Positions 1-12,689 of a DNA stretch of 64,000 bases are shown here, in pieces. The notes below the pieces were generated by a model. The model saw only the letters and a list, made by a program, of their open reading frames with translations, made no database searches and was not told the origin of the DNA. The translations under genes and the position numbers were made by a program. Location: the NCBI RefSeq assembly GCF_009834535.1, contig NC_045696.1, positions 27,778,001-27,842,000 on the forward strand. Reading direction: 5' to 3'. This DNA is from Camelus ferus. Taxonomy: Eukaryota. Numbering within the stretch: position 1 is the first letter of the stretch; the number at the start of each line of letters is the position of its first letter.

Positions 1-59
1 CCTCTTATTGGCTGACATCTCTAGTCTCTCTGTTGTTGCCCTTTATACAATGAAAAATC

Positions 60-1072
60 TCTGGCAGTGGCCTCTAGACTTCCTTGAATCACCAGTGACC
101 CTCACCATTCAGGTTGTTTCCATCATCCATGTACCCTGATCTCTCAGGTCCTTGATCTCACCATTAAGGAAGAATTTCTCCTGTCCCATCCCTTTGCCAC
201 ACTCTCTCACTGTCATGTAAAGGTACTGAGCATCACCTGAGATTGCTGCACACCTAAAACCACAAATTCAAGGCCAATCTCCTCTTAGAGTTTACTTGTT
301 AAGACAACTGATATTTTAACCATATCAAAACTGACAGAAAGAACACAGCCTGTTTTATCTCATTCTGACCACCATTCCTACCCTTTATTCACTTCTCTTA
401 ATATGTAGCATAGACTTCCTGACCCTGTATTTCAATAGATGTATTAGAACATCCAAGTTAGTTGGTCTCTTTATTAAACTTGCCTCGAAAAATTTAATTT
501 TGCATAAACTACCTACTTTCTCCAGGCTGCTCAGAACAACCATGCACACTGAGAAATGATCCACTATAGGGCAGACATTCAAAATAAATGTATGCTACCC
601 AGCCTCAGGAGGCCCCAAACACTGGCCATTGAACAGAGAAACCCTCTCCCATTCTTTGGAATAATGTTCTTTGAGCTCCTGAAAACTTCTCCTTTGATTT
701 GGGTCCTCACTCTGTATTGATGATCCCATTTCCAACCTCATAACTCTTTTGACTTTCTTCTTCCAAAAAAACTCCTCCTACCTTTGTGCCTCTCCTTGTC
801 TTCCTCCCTCCTGTTGTAGCAAAGGGGCTGATTTTACACCTAAGGCCAATCCCACATCCTCTGCTCTAAATAATGGTCCTTCTCCAAATTCTCAAAGAAT
901 TTATACTTTCAATTAAATTTTCATGCTTCTATACATTCAAACGTACCTTCTCAACATGATTATTTCCAGTGACAGCTACACTTGCTCCAATAGCTATTTT
1001 TCTCAAAAGCATACCTCGAACCTCAATCAGCGTTACAAACCCCTCCAGCCACCACCCATCTTGTTACTTCAC
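60..1072 (+). mobile_element. Degraded LINE-2 (L2) fragments, left of an LTR insertion
   Basis: CT-rich sequence resembling L2 consensus segments (e.g. catccatgtaccctgatctctcaggtccttgatctc; cacctaaggccaatcccacatcctctgctctaaa). Probably discontinuous, boundaries approximate. Confidence 0.6.
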
Positions 1073-1648
1073 AGTAACTGCGACGGAGGAAGAGCAGAAC
1101 TGACACCATGTTGAACTGCCTCCCTCATTCCTTATCTTATGTGTCTATTACTCTAGTAGCCCTGCACATAAAGAGTTAAATATTAGAGAAATGTTGCTTG
1201 TGCTCATTGAGTTCCCTGAAGAAAGTTCCCATCCCACGGTCCCAAGCTAGTTATGGCTGTGACCTGTTGGAGATAAGTTTGCTTTCAGCCCAGAAACTTT
1301 GCTAATAAGCAGAGATACGAATGGTAGAAGAAAAATAACTGCTAACAATTGGAAGTTTCTCCAGAAGCCTTGTGATCCAGAAAGCAGAAGAACAGAGAAA
1401 TGTTATGCTTCCCCTGGAGGTCAAGGGGCTGCGAGCAGTCTTCACTCCCTTAATCCTGAATCCTCCCATTTCTTCTTTCCCTTAACATAAAAGAAGCCTG
1501 AATTTTCTCCCGAGTTAAGATACTTCTTTAGGATGGTAGTCTGCCGTCTTGGTCTGCTGGCTTTCCAAATAACTTTGCTATTCTTGCCCCAACGACTCAT
1601 CTCTCGATTTACTGGTGTGGCAAGCAGTACAGCTTGGACAGGGTAACA
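1073..1648 (+). mobile_element. Solo ERV LTR inserted into L2
   Basis: LTR-type 3' part (agtctgccgtcttggtctgctggctttccaaataactttgctattcttgccccaacgactcatctctcgattt...agcttggacagggtaaca) ending in CA at 1648. TCAC flanks both sides (1069-1072, 1649-1652) as a possible 4-bp TSD, though the start could instead be the TG at 1079. L2 homology resumes after it. Confidence 0.8.
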
Positions 1649-1652
1649 TCAC

Positions 1653-2470
1653 TATTTAAAGCACTTGTCTGTTCATTCATTTTCTTCACTATTCTCTTCC
1701 CGTGAACACTCAGTCCAGATTGGCTTCTGCACTCATCACTCCACAGTAAAAGTTCTAGAGAAAGTCACCATAGTCACAGTGATTCCAGCATCAATGTTCA
1801 TTTTTCAACACTTAATTCCTTTACCCTCTTGGCAACTTTGACAAAGGTGAATATTTCTTAAGGCCTTCAAGCACTCTTTTCTAGTCCATGTGCTGTTCTC
1901 TAGTTTTACTGCTACCCCTCTGGCTGCTGTTTCCCTCCAAGCTCCTTGGCAGTCTAACCTTCCTCCACCAGACCCCTTAATGTGGGAGTTACTCAAGGCT
2001 ATGTCATGGGCTCTCCTTCCTTCACTCTCTCTAGAGTCTTCCTAGGCAATTTTTTTCATGTTCAACTTTTCTACTACCACCTATATGCAGGGGACTCCCA
2101 GAATTGTTTTTTCACCTCAGCCCTCCTCCCTGAGCTTCAGGTCTGTATATAATCTATATAATGCAGTATCACTATCCAAACATCTGAAAAGAGACTTGTC
2201 CCAACTGAGCTTTTGACCTTCTCTCCCATAACCCAGTCCTCTACCTTCTTTGGCTGGCTCAGTGAATGACAGCATTGAATCAGATATGCAGACCTAGACC
2301 TTAGGAGTCATCCTGACCCTGACCTCCAGGTCACCTCCCAAGTTTAATTCATCACAGAATCTTGTCAATTTAATTTTCCAAATTACACTCAGATTCATCC
2401 ACTTCTCTCTATCTCCACTACCAGCAGTTTAGTCTAAGATACCATTATCTTGATTAACTATTTGATCTTG
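1653..2470 (+). mobile_element. L2 fragment (continuation)
   Basis: L2-like motifs: ggcttctgcactcatcactccacag...aaagtcacca; ctaccacctatatgcaggggactcccaga; ccttaggagtcatcctgaccct; tccacttctctctatctccactacca. Confidence 0.8.
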
Positions 2471-2544
2471 CGGGTGAATTCTGTGTGCTCAATCACCACC
2501 AGTCTCTCAGTTAATCACTTGTTTGTACAAAAGACCTCTCTCAA

Positions 2545-2905
2545 TATACTCTTCAAACTGTCAGTGTCATAAGAAAAATACATTCAAAAAGAATAAAGAA
2601 ACAGGAAAACCAAATGGAATACCAGATCTTAGACTGGATCCTGTACTGTTGGTAAACAATACTATAGAGGTCATTATTGGATCAGTAGCAAAAATTGAAA
2701 TATGAATGTGCAAGTGGTGGTATTCATGTTAATTTTACCAAAGTTGAGAACTCTCCTGCGGTTGTACAAGAGACTATTCCTATTTTTGGAAATACAAATC
2801 AAGTCATTGTAAGAAAAAGGAAAATTAGGTAAAATGTTAATAGATAAATAAGGTTATGGCTGGTCTTTGTAATATACTTATACTTTGTGCTATTTTAAAC
2901 TATTC
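2545..2905 (+). mobile_element. Ancient L1 3' UTR fragment (L1MC/L1ME-like)
   Basis: tactcttcaaactgtcagtgtcat...gactggatcctgtac...gtcattattggatcagtagcaaaaattgaaat...tattcctatttttggaaataca resembles old L1M 3' ends. Confidence 0.7.
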
Positions 2906-2970
2906 TATACTTTAAAAACATTTAAGAATTCTTCAGTACCATAGGTGATTATACTACCTGTGTATCAGGG

Positions 2971-3023
2971 AAAAACCAAAACCAAAAGAAAAACAAAACA
3001 AAACAAAACAAAACAAACAAAAA
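2971..3023. repeat. (CAAAA)n-type simple repeat
   Basis: Directly visible: aaaaccaaaaccaaaagaaaaacaaaacaaaacaaaacaaaacaaacaaaaa. Confidence 0.9.
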
Positions 3024-3205
3024 GCCCCTGGTTCTACTACTTTTTAGTTGTATGACTTTACTGTGCTTTAGTTTCCTGAACTATAAAATGAACCTTTGTT
3101 CATGGGTTGTTTTGCAGATTAAATACAATGATGATGTAGTGTGTTTAGAATAGATCTTGATATAGAATAAACATACACATACACTAAATAATAGTTGTTA
3201 GTGAT
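3024..3205 (+). mobile_element. MIR SINE
   Basis: cctggttctactact...gttgtatgact...agtttcctgaactataaaatga...gggttgttttgcagattaaat matches the MIR core and 3' part. Confidence 0.75.
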
Positions 3206-4640
3206 GTTATTAATTACTTTCATATCTTAAAAGAAATAATAATGCATATCAAACTTCTTTTTTGATAGGTTAAGTCCATCTGTATAGGATACTTTTAATT
3301 TGACACTGCAGATTAGTTTCAGAAAAAGTTTCTACTGAAGATGCTTTACATTGTTATGTGGACAAAAACCATGATTGATGGTGTGAGACTGGCTTACTGA
3401 TTAAAACAAAATTGAAATATGTTTCTGTAGAATTTTGTATTAAAAGCATTTCTACTGAAATGATAGAAAAAAATCAGTGCTGTTAACTCATAGAAATTTC
3501 ATACATCCTTATGTGCTTATATGTGCAAATGAGTTTGTATGCACAGGGTGGGGGCAGGAAAAGGAGGAGGAAGAAAAAAAGAGGAAAAGAAAATAAATAG
3601 AAAAATAAGAAGAAAACAAAGAGAAGATATTGATGGTAGTATAGAAAAGAGAGAGAAATAGCTCAACTCGGCTGCAAACACAGACAATAGTTGCATATAA
3701 TTATAGTTATTTCTCTCTTGTGAAGGGTCAATCAAGGTTCTCCAAATGCAGAAAAAGATTAAGGGCCATTCAAAACCATGTGAAACATCAATACCCTTTG
3801 ACAGTTTTGTAATTAATGTAAATGCAAACTATCCTGCGCCTTGTGATAAGGACAATCAACAAGATGAGAAGCCATTGGAGGGTATATTTGGAACAATCAG
3901 ACGATGAGATCTGACTTTGATATACTTAAAATTTAATGCAAGAGATCAGTATTATTTCTGGTTGTCAGGGTGATTTCTTTCTTTTTTAAAAACCTATTTA
4001 TGTGGAAAGAACAATGCTTCCATTGGCATGAATGGCTACAAATATTTCCCCAAATTAGGAGAGGGCTGAGGTTCATGTCTACAGATGGCTCATATTATAT
4101 GGTCATGAAATTTGTATGGTTTACTAATGCACATAGCTCTGGCTAAATATGGAGAGATTCTTTAACCTCAAATTACTTAGACTACAAATCTTTCAAAAAT
4201 GAATTCTGGTGAACAGCAAACGATAAAACTTGTAAGGCACTGTCACTTGTAACAGGGTTTAGACTAATTATCAATGATACCAATTAATTTCACTTTCAGG
4301 AAAAAAATCAGTTAGTAAAAATATCATTTAGAGATTCTTCACAACAAACCCTAAAGCCGATGTAATCCTTCAGTTTCCAAAGTATTTTAATATCAATAAG
4401 GATAGTCTAATTCATATTACATTATATATATTTTTCAATAATGTTGCTTAAAATGAAGATACCCAAATAGCCACCAGAAAAATGTTTATGATTTACTACA
4501 ATAAAATATAAATTCCCCTGTGTAAAAGTGAAACATACTTAACATTCTTCTTGAAAACAGGTCTTGATTTATTGCATTATAGGGAATTAAGTATGTGATG
4601 TATTATTTTATTTTAATAATCTTTGGTAGACAACTCCAAG

Positions 4641-4685
4641 TTTTTTTTTTTTTTGAGGGTTTTTTTTTTTTTTTTTTTTTTTTTT
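4641..4685. repeat. Interrupted poly(T) tract (T14-GAGGG-T26)
   Basis: Directly visible. Confidence 0.9.
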
Positions 4686-5327
4686 GCCTCAGTGACCAAA
4701 TTCTTCGGCTAAAAATCCTGAGTCAGTTGGATTAACAAAGAGAAAACTTAATCATATTACAAGCACCAAGAAAAGCTAAAATTGTTGCTAAATAAATGTT
4801 ACTTGGGTTTCACAAGAGCCTTCAAAAATTAGGATGCTATATTTGTAATAAGCTAAATAGCTTAGTGCTCATCTTTGAATAATATCTTCCAAAATGATAG
4901 AAATAAGAGAAATATAAAAGTAAATTTCAGTCTCTTTTATTCCTGTATAGGTCTTAGATTATATTCATTCAAAATATCTTATGTCCTTGATTCTCAAGTC
5001 ATAATTTTCCTTATGAATAGTCTTTCTGAAAAATGATTGAGAGTTGTTTTATTTTTTTATTTTACTATTTTAAAAAAAAATTTCAAAAGTATATTTTTGC
5101 CAGCAGGGACTGTTTCTTTCATTTTCTCTAATATTAAAATGTCATCAACAATAAGGTTTTCCAATCAGCCATTTGTAGCCTTCTGACAACTAACCTTAAT
5201 TAGAATATCCAGCATCATTTCTCGTCTTTCACAGAGAAAACCCTCAAACTGAATGAAATAACAAGTCTCCTCCCACGTCCCTCAGATCCCCTGCACCTTC
5301 AGTCTGCTCAAGGATCTGCATGTCCCT

Positions 5328-5690
5328 CTTTTTTTCTTTTCTTTCTTTGTTTTAGTTGAAGTATAGTCGGTTTACAATGTTGTGTCAATTTCTGGTGTAC
5401 AGCATGATGTTTCAGTCATACATATACATACCTATATTTGTTTTCATATTCCTTTTCATCATAGATTACTACAAGATATTGAATATGTTCTCTGTGCTAT
5501 ACAGTAGAAACTTGTTGTTTTTCTATTTTATATATAGTACTGAGTATCTGCAAATCTTGATTTCCCAATTTATCCCTTCCTACCCTCTTCCCTCCCTGCC
5601 CCCTGACAATCACGCTTATTTTTTATGTCTGTGAGTCTATTTCTGTTTTATAAATAATTGCATTTGTGTCATTTTTTCCAATTCCATGCA
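5328..5690 (-). mobile_element. 5'-truncated cetartiodactyl/camelid L1 3' end
   Basis: T-rich tail followed by ttgaagtatagtcggtttacaatgttgtgtcaatttctggtgtacagca...ctgtgctatacagtag, the reverse complement of the L1 terminus also seen at 20131-20346. Confidence 0.9.
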
Positions 5691-6269
5691 CATCACTTTT
5701 GGTCTATCCAAATTCGTCCACTTTAGTAACCTGGTAAAGCCCAACACTGTTATCAAGCTTTTCCAGGGATTTAAAGCTCTGTTTTTCTTTTGCTGAATTC
5801 TTATGGCATATACCATATTATAACATTCAAATTATGGTTTTCAGTTTTATATATTTTTAGAGTGTTTGAAAATTTCCCTGTCCTTCTATTTCTGGTCTTA
5901 TATCTTATCTCTGGTAGATTGTTGTAGTGAAAGAGGTTAAGACACAAAGGTCCAGAGCACAGCTTTATGAAGAGAAAAAAAAAGGATACTTTTCCAATAT
6001 AAAAGGCAGAAAGAGAAATGAATGGGGTGGAGTACGTCAGGCAGCTATATTTTTACTTTTACCATAGTTATTTTCTATGCTTTACCCATAGGTTGTCTCT
6101 AAAGTTAAAAAACCATTAAATAGAGCTTATATGATTATTATTGTAAATATTGCTTAGAGCAGAATCTACTGGTGTGCTGTGATTACATTTCCTTGTCTTC
6201 AGTTGCCTGAAAAGTCTCCTAGAGCATTAAATCTTTGTAATTTCCAACATTGTGAAAAATTGGCCCTAA

Positions 6270-7065
6270 TGATCTATTCTTGCCACCACTACCCTAGTCC
6301 AAACGCTTAACCATTCAAGCCTGGACTACTGATAGTTTTTAGCTTTTCTTTCCAATATATCCTTTCTTACAGATATATGGGGGTGGGAAATTATCTCTTT
6401 TTTATTGAAATTATTTATCTTTTGAAACTAGATAATTATTTCTTTAGATTATTGCCCATAATGACCCAGAGCAGCTCATTCAATTTTATTCATAATGGCT
6501 ATTTCCAGTATTGCCTATTGACCTCTAACCTCTAATACACCACTGCCACTACTTCTGTTTATCCTACAGCTGGGGACACAGCCTCTGATTCACAGAGAAA
6601 ACAGATGGTACCCCACCGATTCCTGACTTCAAACCTACAGGTATGGCCTGACTTAACTTACCCTTTTTCTTTTTTTCCTTTGTAAGGCTGTGCTCTAGAC
6701 TGCTACTTCTCAGTCTCTTTGGTCATTTGACTATACACCCTCTCCTTCAATACTAGGCCCTTTCTAGTAGCATAAGAACACACCCAAGGCATTTTTATCC
6801 TTAAAAAATAAAGAAACAAATTAAAATAAAACACATGAATTACCTCTGCATGTCCTTTCTACTGACCCCCTCCACTTCTTTATCTCCCTTACGAATCATT
6901 GCATTCCAGCTTCAGTCCTAACATTTTCAGGACACAGTGTTTGCCAGTCACTAATAGCTTCCTGTTGCTAAATCCTAAATCCCAAATGGACAGGGGTCCC
7001 TTTTTGGTTTTCATTTTCCTTCTGAATATACCCCCAACTCCCAGTGGCTTCAACTGACATATGCA
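6270..7065 (+). mobile_element. Degraded L2 fragments
   Basis: ccaccactaccctagtcc...gcctggactact; ttcacagagaaaacagatgg; gtcactaatagcttcctgttgctaaatcc; ctcccagtggcttcaactgacatatgc. Patchy. Confidence 0.55.
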
Positions 7066-8759
7066 AATTAAGATCTTCCAAGAACAACCTTTTTTGGAGG
7101 GGGGACTGCCAACAAGTTAAAATCCAATGGGACTGGGAATGTTTCAATGAGTATGCAATTTTATCATTGGCCTATTAGATATTCTTTAACAAAATTACTC
7201 TTTAGAATCAGATTTGAATGTGTATTGTGTGCTCTGAACAATGAATCACCAGATTTATGGTATTTGCAGGGGCATATCTAAAAGAAAAAGAAAGCACGGG
7301 ATCTGTGGCATGCAATCTTTTAACTGTTTTTATTTAATGGTAACAAGGAGAGAATAGAACAATGTATGTATTAAAAATGTTTGAAATTAAAATTATTGAA
7401 CTATAAAGATAGTTAACAGCACTGATTCAATTTGCTGGCTGGCATTGCAAGTTAAATGAAAACAACTGGAGAAAGAATACTGAGTAGGTATTAAAATTTT
7501 ACTACAGTAGGAATGAGATTCCGTGACTTAATCTTGATTCTTAAAAATGTGAGTTTGAGCACTCTCAAGGAATGGTAGACAAGAAAAAAGTGGTTACAAT
7601 ACAACCCAGATTGCTATACTATAATTGCTCTCAACAGGAAGAATAAAGAAGAGAAGCAAGCAAGTAGGACAAAGGAAATATTAGGATTTTTGTCAAAATA
7701 AGTGTTTTTTATTGGTAATAAGGTTCTTGAAAATGTGCTAAACATTCAGAGACATCCTCAAGGAAACAGAAATCATTGGGAATCAAAATATGCAGGGGCA
7801 GAAAGAGTGTCCTGCTTGATGAGAAAGACCTATTGTTTCAACTTGCAGAAACTGTGGAAAATTCTGGAGTAAATTTCTCCAGTGTTCATTCTATCTGAAT
7901 CACACACTTCAGTTTTGTCAAATACTCTTTGCCAAATGACGCGGAAAAGCAACTGTTCTTGAGCAGTCTGTTGCTGCTTTTAAGCACAAAAGAAATAAAA
8001 GTGAAAAAAAAAATCCTACTGAAAAATTTAATCAACCAAAGTGTTTGGATCCAAATTCCAGTAATGGTAGCACCATGATCAAATGTACTTGACTATGACA
8101 AAAGCAGCCCACTGAGGAGCTGATATTGTCAAGACACCACCACATGTTGTAAAACAGAGAACATTATCAAGAATTTTTACCAAGAAAGTGGCGGGGCCTT
8201 CTGCCAAGCATGACCTGCACAAATCATGCCTTTTGGCATGAGCACAATACACTCTCTGATTCTTCTTGCCTTTTTTCTTTTTTTTTAACCTTGTTCAGGC
8301 TTCCCTGTTATTGTAAGAAATAAAATTTGGTTTATGCCTGAAAACAGTCATATCAAGCAAAGAAACAGACTATAAAGCCATGTAAAAATAAATTTAATCA
8401 GTAATTTTTCAGTTATCTTTGAGTGTTATCTAATTTTAAAGTGGAATATAACAAGCAATTTCTGCACTAAGCAAGTTGTGTATAATGAATTTTATTCATT
8501 AGCTAGAACTGAGATTGTAGACGTATCACATAGAGGGTATGGAAGACATGACCATACTCCACCCTGTCTCAACATGACCTGTACTCTACCCTGCCTCCAA
8601 TGTTCCAGATTTTTAAATGAAAAATCCATATAGTCAAAATTTCCAGAAATTTAATACCTTTCATATGACTGCCAAAGTAGGATTTCTAGAGTCTTGTTTT
8701 CATGAGGTCTCTCTAACCTGGCTCCCTAATCTCTTCTAAGGCAAAGAGGACAACTGTTT

Positions 8760-8948
8760 GATATGGGTTCAATATTATCTGACACTCTGGCTTTATGACC
8801 TAGGAAATTACTTGATGTCTCTAAATTCCACTTTTCTAATTTATAAAGAGGGCAGAGTAATAGTTTTTATTTGAGCATTAAATAAAGTAACAAATATGAT
8901 TCAATTGCTTGACATAGCCTAAGTACTCAATCCAGGTGAGCTATTATG
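8760..8948 (+). mobile_element. MIR SINE
   Basis: tgggttcaa...tatgacctaggaaattacttgatgtctct...taagtactcaat...gagctattat. Confidence 0.7.
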
Positions 8949-8964
8949 ATGCTAGAGTGATGGC

Positions 8965-9350
8965 AGAGGCAAAAACCTAGGAATCACTCTCAAGTCCTCC
9001 CTTTTTCAGGTCTTGATTGAATGTTTTTGGTGTCCAAGTCTCACTGAGGTTAACTCCTTAATATCTTTCAAGTCTATTTCCTCTTTCCCTGTCCAATATC
9101 TGCTTTGTTTTAAATTTGGTTTCTGTTGCATCCACTTGTCTCCTGGTCTCTAGTTTCAAGGCCTCTGCTCGAAATTTAATTTCCATATTGTGGTTTAACC
9201 CTATGGAATAATTTAGTCATACAGAAATCAGATCATATTACTTCTCTTAAAGATAAAATGCAAAATCACTACCATAGCACAAGAGCCCTTTGGGATCAAG
9301 CAACTACACAGTTTCTAGCCTCATTCTTACCACTCTCTTTTCAGCACTGT
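8965..9350 (+). mobile_element. L2 fragment
   Basis: aaaacctaggaatcactctcaagtcctccc; aaatcagatcatattacttctct; aagataaaatgcaaaatc. Confidence 0.55.
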
Positions 9351-10114
9351 ACAAGCTGATAATATTGACTTACGATCAAATCTTAATTAACAAAGAATAT
9401 GTTAAACGTTTAAACCTGTTTGGCCTTTCAATTTATTCATAAGCTAAGTTTTTGCTTTTTTCTCGACTTTATTATTAATTATTTTTAAACTGGGGATAGA
9501 AATATGAAACTAAACTTTTTAATGCATACACACATGCCAAAATGTGTCTTTGCCTCAGAAAATATTTGTATTGCTACTGCTTACATGGACATAACTTTTT
9601 TTTTACTTTAAAAATATATACAGTTAGTTTTACCTTTAACCCAAATATATTTGAATTATACAGAAATAATGTTTATCATCCAAATGAGAGAAATGTACTC
9701 ATTAATTTATAAGGGCACTTCATTTTTTTACTGAAATTGGTTTCTTTTTGCTTAATCTTCCAACAGACTTCCCCTAAATGACTTCATTGTTTCCAAACAT
9801 AAAATGAAATCAAAATCATCCTCTAAGGACATCTCTCTCATTATTATACATTTTCAAAGATTATGCCACAAACTTTCTAGACAGTTTCATAAGTGAAATG
9901 CCAAGAATGCTTTGATCACCAGAAATGCCACTAGAGAAGATGGTTCCTTCCAAGGGGACACAATCATTTGAATATTTATGTTCCCGTATGTGGGTTTTGG
10001 CTTGCCATTCATCCATTTATTCATTCATACATGCAGAACTTCATGTCAAAAAAAAATGCAAGTATTAAGGATTCTTAGTATTTATATTCAAAAAGAAAAA
10101 TATATTTTTCCTCA

Positions 10115-10268
10115 TTTTTTCACTTAATCTGTAAACCTGGAATAATAATAATAGTAATCTACCTCAAAGAGATGTGGTGAAATTAAATGAGTTATTCTAA
10201 TGTTATGCTTAAAACAATGCCTGGCACATAATCAATTCTCACGAACTGTTAGCTATTATAGGCTATTA
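10115..10268 (+). mobile_element. MIR SINE (3' half)
   Basis: atctgtaaa...ataatagtaatctacctca...attaaatgagtta...acaatgcctggcacataa...gttagctatta. Confidence 0.85.
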
Positions 10269-10497
10269 TTTCATAAGCAACAATAGAATTTTGATATGTG
10301 TTTAGCCTTCAATACTGGAGTTTTGAACTCACCTTAGATAAATAGTAATACTCAATACTTATGTAGGATTTAAGAGTTCATGGTTAACCTGTATTTTCCC
10401 TGAAAAATTAGCATAATGGTGCTTTGGGGTAATTTGGAAGGCAAGAATTAGAGTAATGATTCAAATTCCATGTAAAATCCCTCTTGACTTAAACTCT

Positions 10498-10940
10498 TGT
10501 ACAGGGTCTACTGGTTGTCTCCTAATATCCAATTTCACCTTCATTCTCTTGGTAGTAATTCCTATGAGTTTTCAGCTTTTCTATTTTTACCATGAAAGAT
10601 ACATTTCCTAGACTCCCTTGCAGCTAGTTGTGAAATGTAAATACTTTTGGGCATTGGGCATTGCATTGAAACAGTATGCTAAGTCTGTACATTATTCTTG
10701 AAGGGGAGATCCCCCGCCTTCTTTTTCCCTTTTATGTAACTGGAATGTGCACATGATGGCAGGAGTTGGAGCAGCCATTCTGAAATAAAATGTGAAAGTT
10801 CTGTGTTGAGAATGGTAGAGAAACAAGATAAAGGGAGTCTGTGTCTCTTGAGCTCATGGCTAGATTGTAATACAAAAAAGATAAATTTCTCACTTATTTA
10901 AGACATTACTATACCAGGTCTTCGCTATAGTACTATGCCT
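10498..10940 (+). mobile_element. MaLR LTR (MLT1H/I/J-like)
   Basis: acatttcctagactcccttgcagctag; tggaatgtgcacatgatggcaggagttggagcagccatt; gaatggtagagaaacaagata; aataaa-like signal followed by cttatttaag. Confidence 0.8.
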
Positions 10941-11275
10941 GGATTCTCCACTTAAAAATTCCATATTTAAAAGTCTGGCTTGCTTATCTATAAAATTTTT
11001 ATTCTATCCACACAAATATGGTAGAATAAATAATGTTTTTCTTTTTTTAAATTTAGCATTTTAATGATATCCATTAATGCCTATTCAATTATTTTTCATT
11101 TTATTTTAAAGACATAGCTTTGAGATTCTTGAGTGTGATATTAATTTAGCTTCAGTGAGAAAAAATATTCTTACAACTACTGATCTCAAAATTTAAAAAT
11201 GCAAATTAATGATAGATGTAATTTAAAACAGATTAAAATAGATATAATTTCAAAAAATAATTTCAAAATCAGATA

Positions 11276-11325
11276 TTTAGAAATTCAGATATTTTATGAG
11301 TTTAGAAATTCAGATATTCTATGAG
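11276..11325. repeat. 25-bp tandem duplication (2 copies, 1 mismatch)
   Basis: tttagaaattcagatattttatgag / tttagaaattcagatattctatgag. Confidence 0.95.
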
Positions 11326-11859
11326 TTAAGAATGCTTTCATTGTTACCTTCCCCAAGTGGGAAGCACTGGGTGTATCTAAATGACAATTCCAAAGGGGCC
11401 TGAAGTTTCATGGGTGGTAGAATATGGGTTTTATGGTTAAGAAATTCATAATATTTCATTTTAGAATGTTCTTTTTAGAATAACAAACACAGATGTTATT
11501 AGGTACCTGCTATGAGACAAATGGTGAGAACACAGAATGGATGGATAGTATATGTTCCTTCCTCTGAAGAAACATGAGCTCAAGAAAATTACCACCAATT
11601 GCAGAAATTTTCATATACCGGAATTAAGGTGCACATAGAATCACACATGAGATGCTGTAGTGACACCATAAAGAGAGCAATGGATTCTTTAAACCTTAAC
11701 AAGATCCATGAACTTCATTGCTTATCATGTTCACCATATATAATTTTTCCTTTGAACTTCCATTTTTACTAATTATCTAATGCTTGTGGACAAGTAAGAA
11801 GTCTTTCCTGTCAAAAGGGAGAAAAATATTCCCTCAGTCCAATGCTCTCATAATACAGC

Positions 11860-12045
11860 TGATAATAGCTACTATGCATTGAGTGTCGATGATGTCCCAG
11901 GCACTTAACTCTCACTATTTCTTTTGGTTCTACCAATAACCCTATGAGGCAGGTGTTACTATTATTGACATTTTATGGATGAGAAGTACCCAAGTAGGGA
12001 TTTGAACTTTTGTTTATCAGACCCCATTGTCCATGTTCTTTCCAT
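11860..12045 (-). mobile_element. MIR SINE
   Basis: ataatagcta...aaccctatgaggcaggtgttactatta...cattttatggatgagaa...gggatttgaac. Confidence 0.8.
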
Positions 12046-12653
12046 TATGTCTTCATCCTTGACCCACTTCCTTATTGCACCACTGGTCATACTGCATAAT
12101 AAGAATTCATTTAGGTTAACTGTTTCTCTTCTCCCTCTGACTGTTTGCTCCTTAACGCCAGGAGGCATATATTACTCACATAGGCACTCAACGAATTTTA
12201 TGTAATAAAAGACATGTGCCAAAGAAAATTTCACTCAGTCTTTGAAAGGAAAGGATGCCACTGCAAACACACTCCGTCTTTAAGCTATGTACTTCAACAT
12301 AAATAGAGCGTGGGTAGTCTTTTAAATATAGCCTTTCAAAACCACTTTCAACACGCAGGTTTCCTGCAAAATTCTCCATTTGTTCCTAAATCTATCATGC
12401 TTTGCTTTTGTGAAAAAGAGTTGCCAAATACATTTCTGATAAAACATTTTTCTGTGATGGCATCATGTGGCTACCCCCACAGGCTATACACCTGTGGTCA
12501 AAACAGATAAGAGACTGGCATGTTTGAATCAGATGATGAAAAGAATTACATATCTATGCTCTGATTCTACATATGAAACTAAGCAATATCAAGTCTGGGC
12601 TTAAAATGATTCCTTTACTGTATTTCTGTATTTAAATAAAACATTATAATACA

Positions 12654-12654
<1 letters not shown>

Positions 12655-12689
<35 letters not shown>
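12655..12689. repeat. (TC)n(TA)n compound microsatellite
   Basis: Directly visible. Confidence 0.95.

Noticed and set aside
4641..4685. Poly(T) tract as an orphan retrotransposon tail
   Set aside because: No TSD or element body is visible.
7829..7977. Minus-strand acceptor followed by a 48-codon open frame (QQQTAQEQLLFRVIWQRVFDK...)
   Set aside because: No recognisable homology, no convincing donor, and a length expected by chance.
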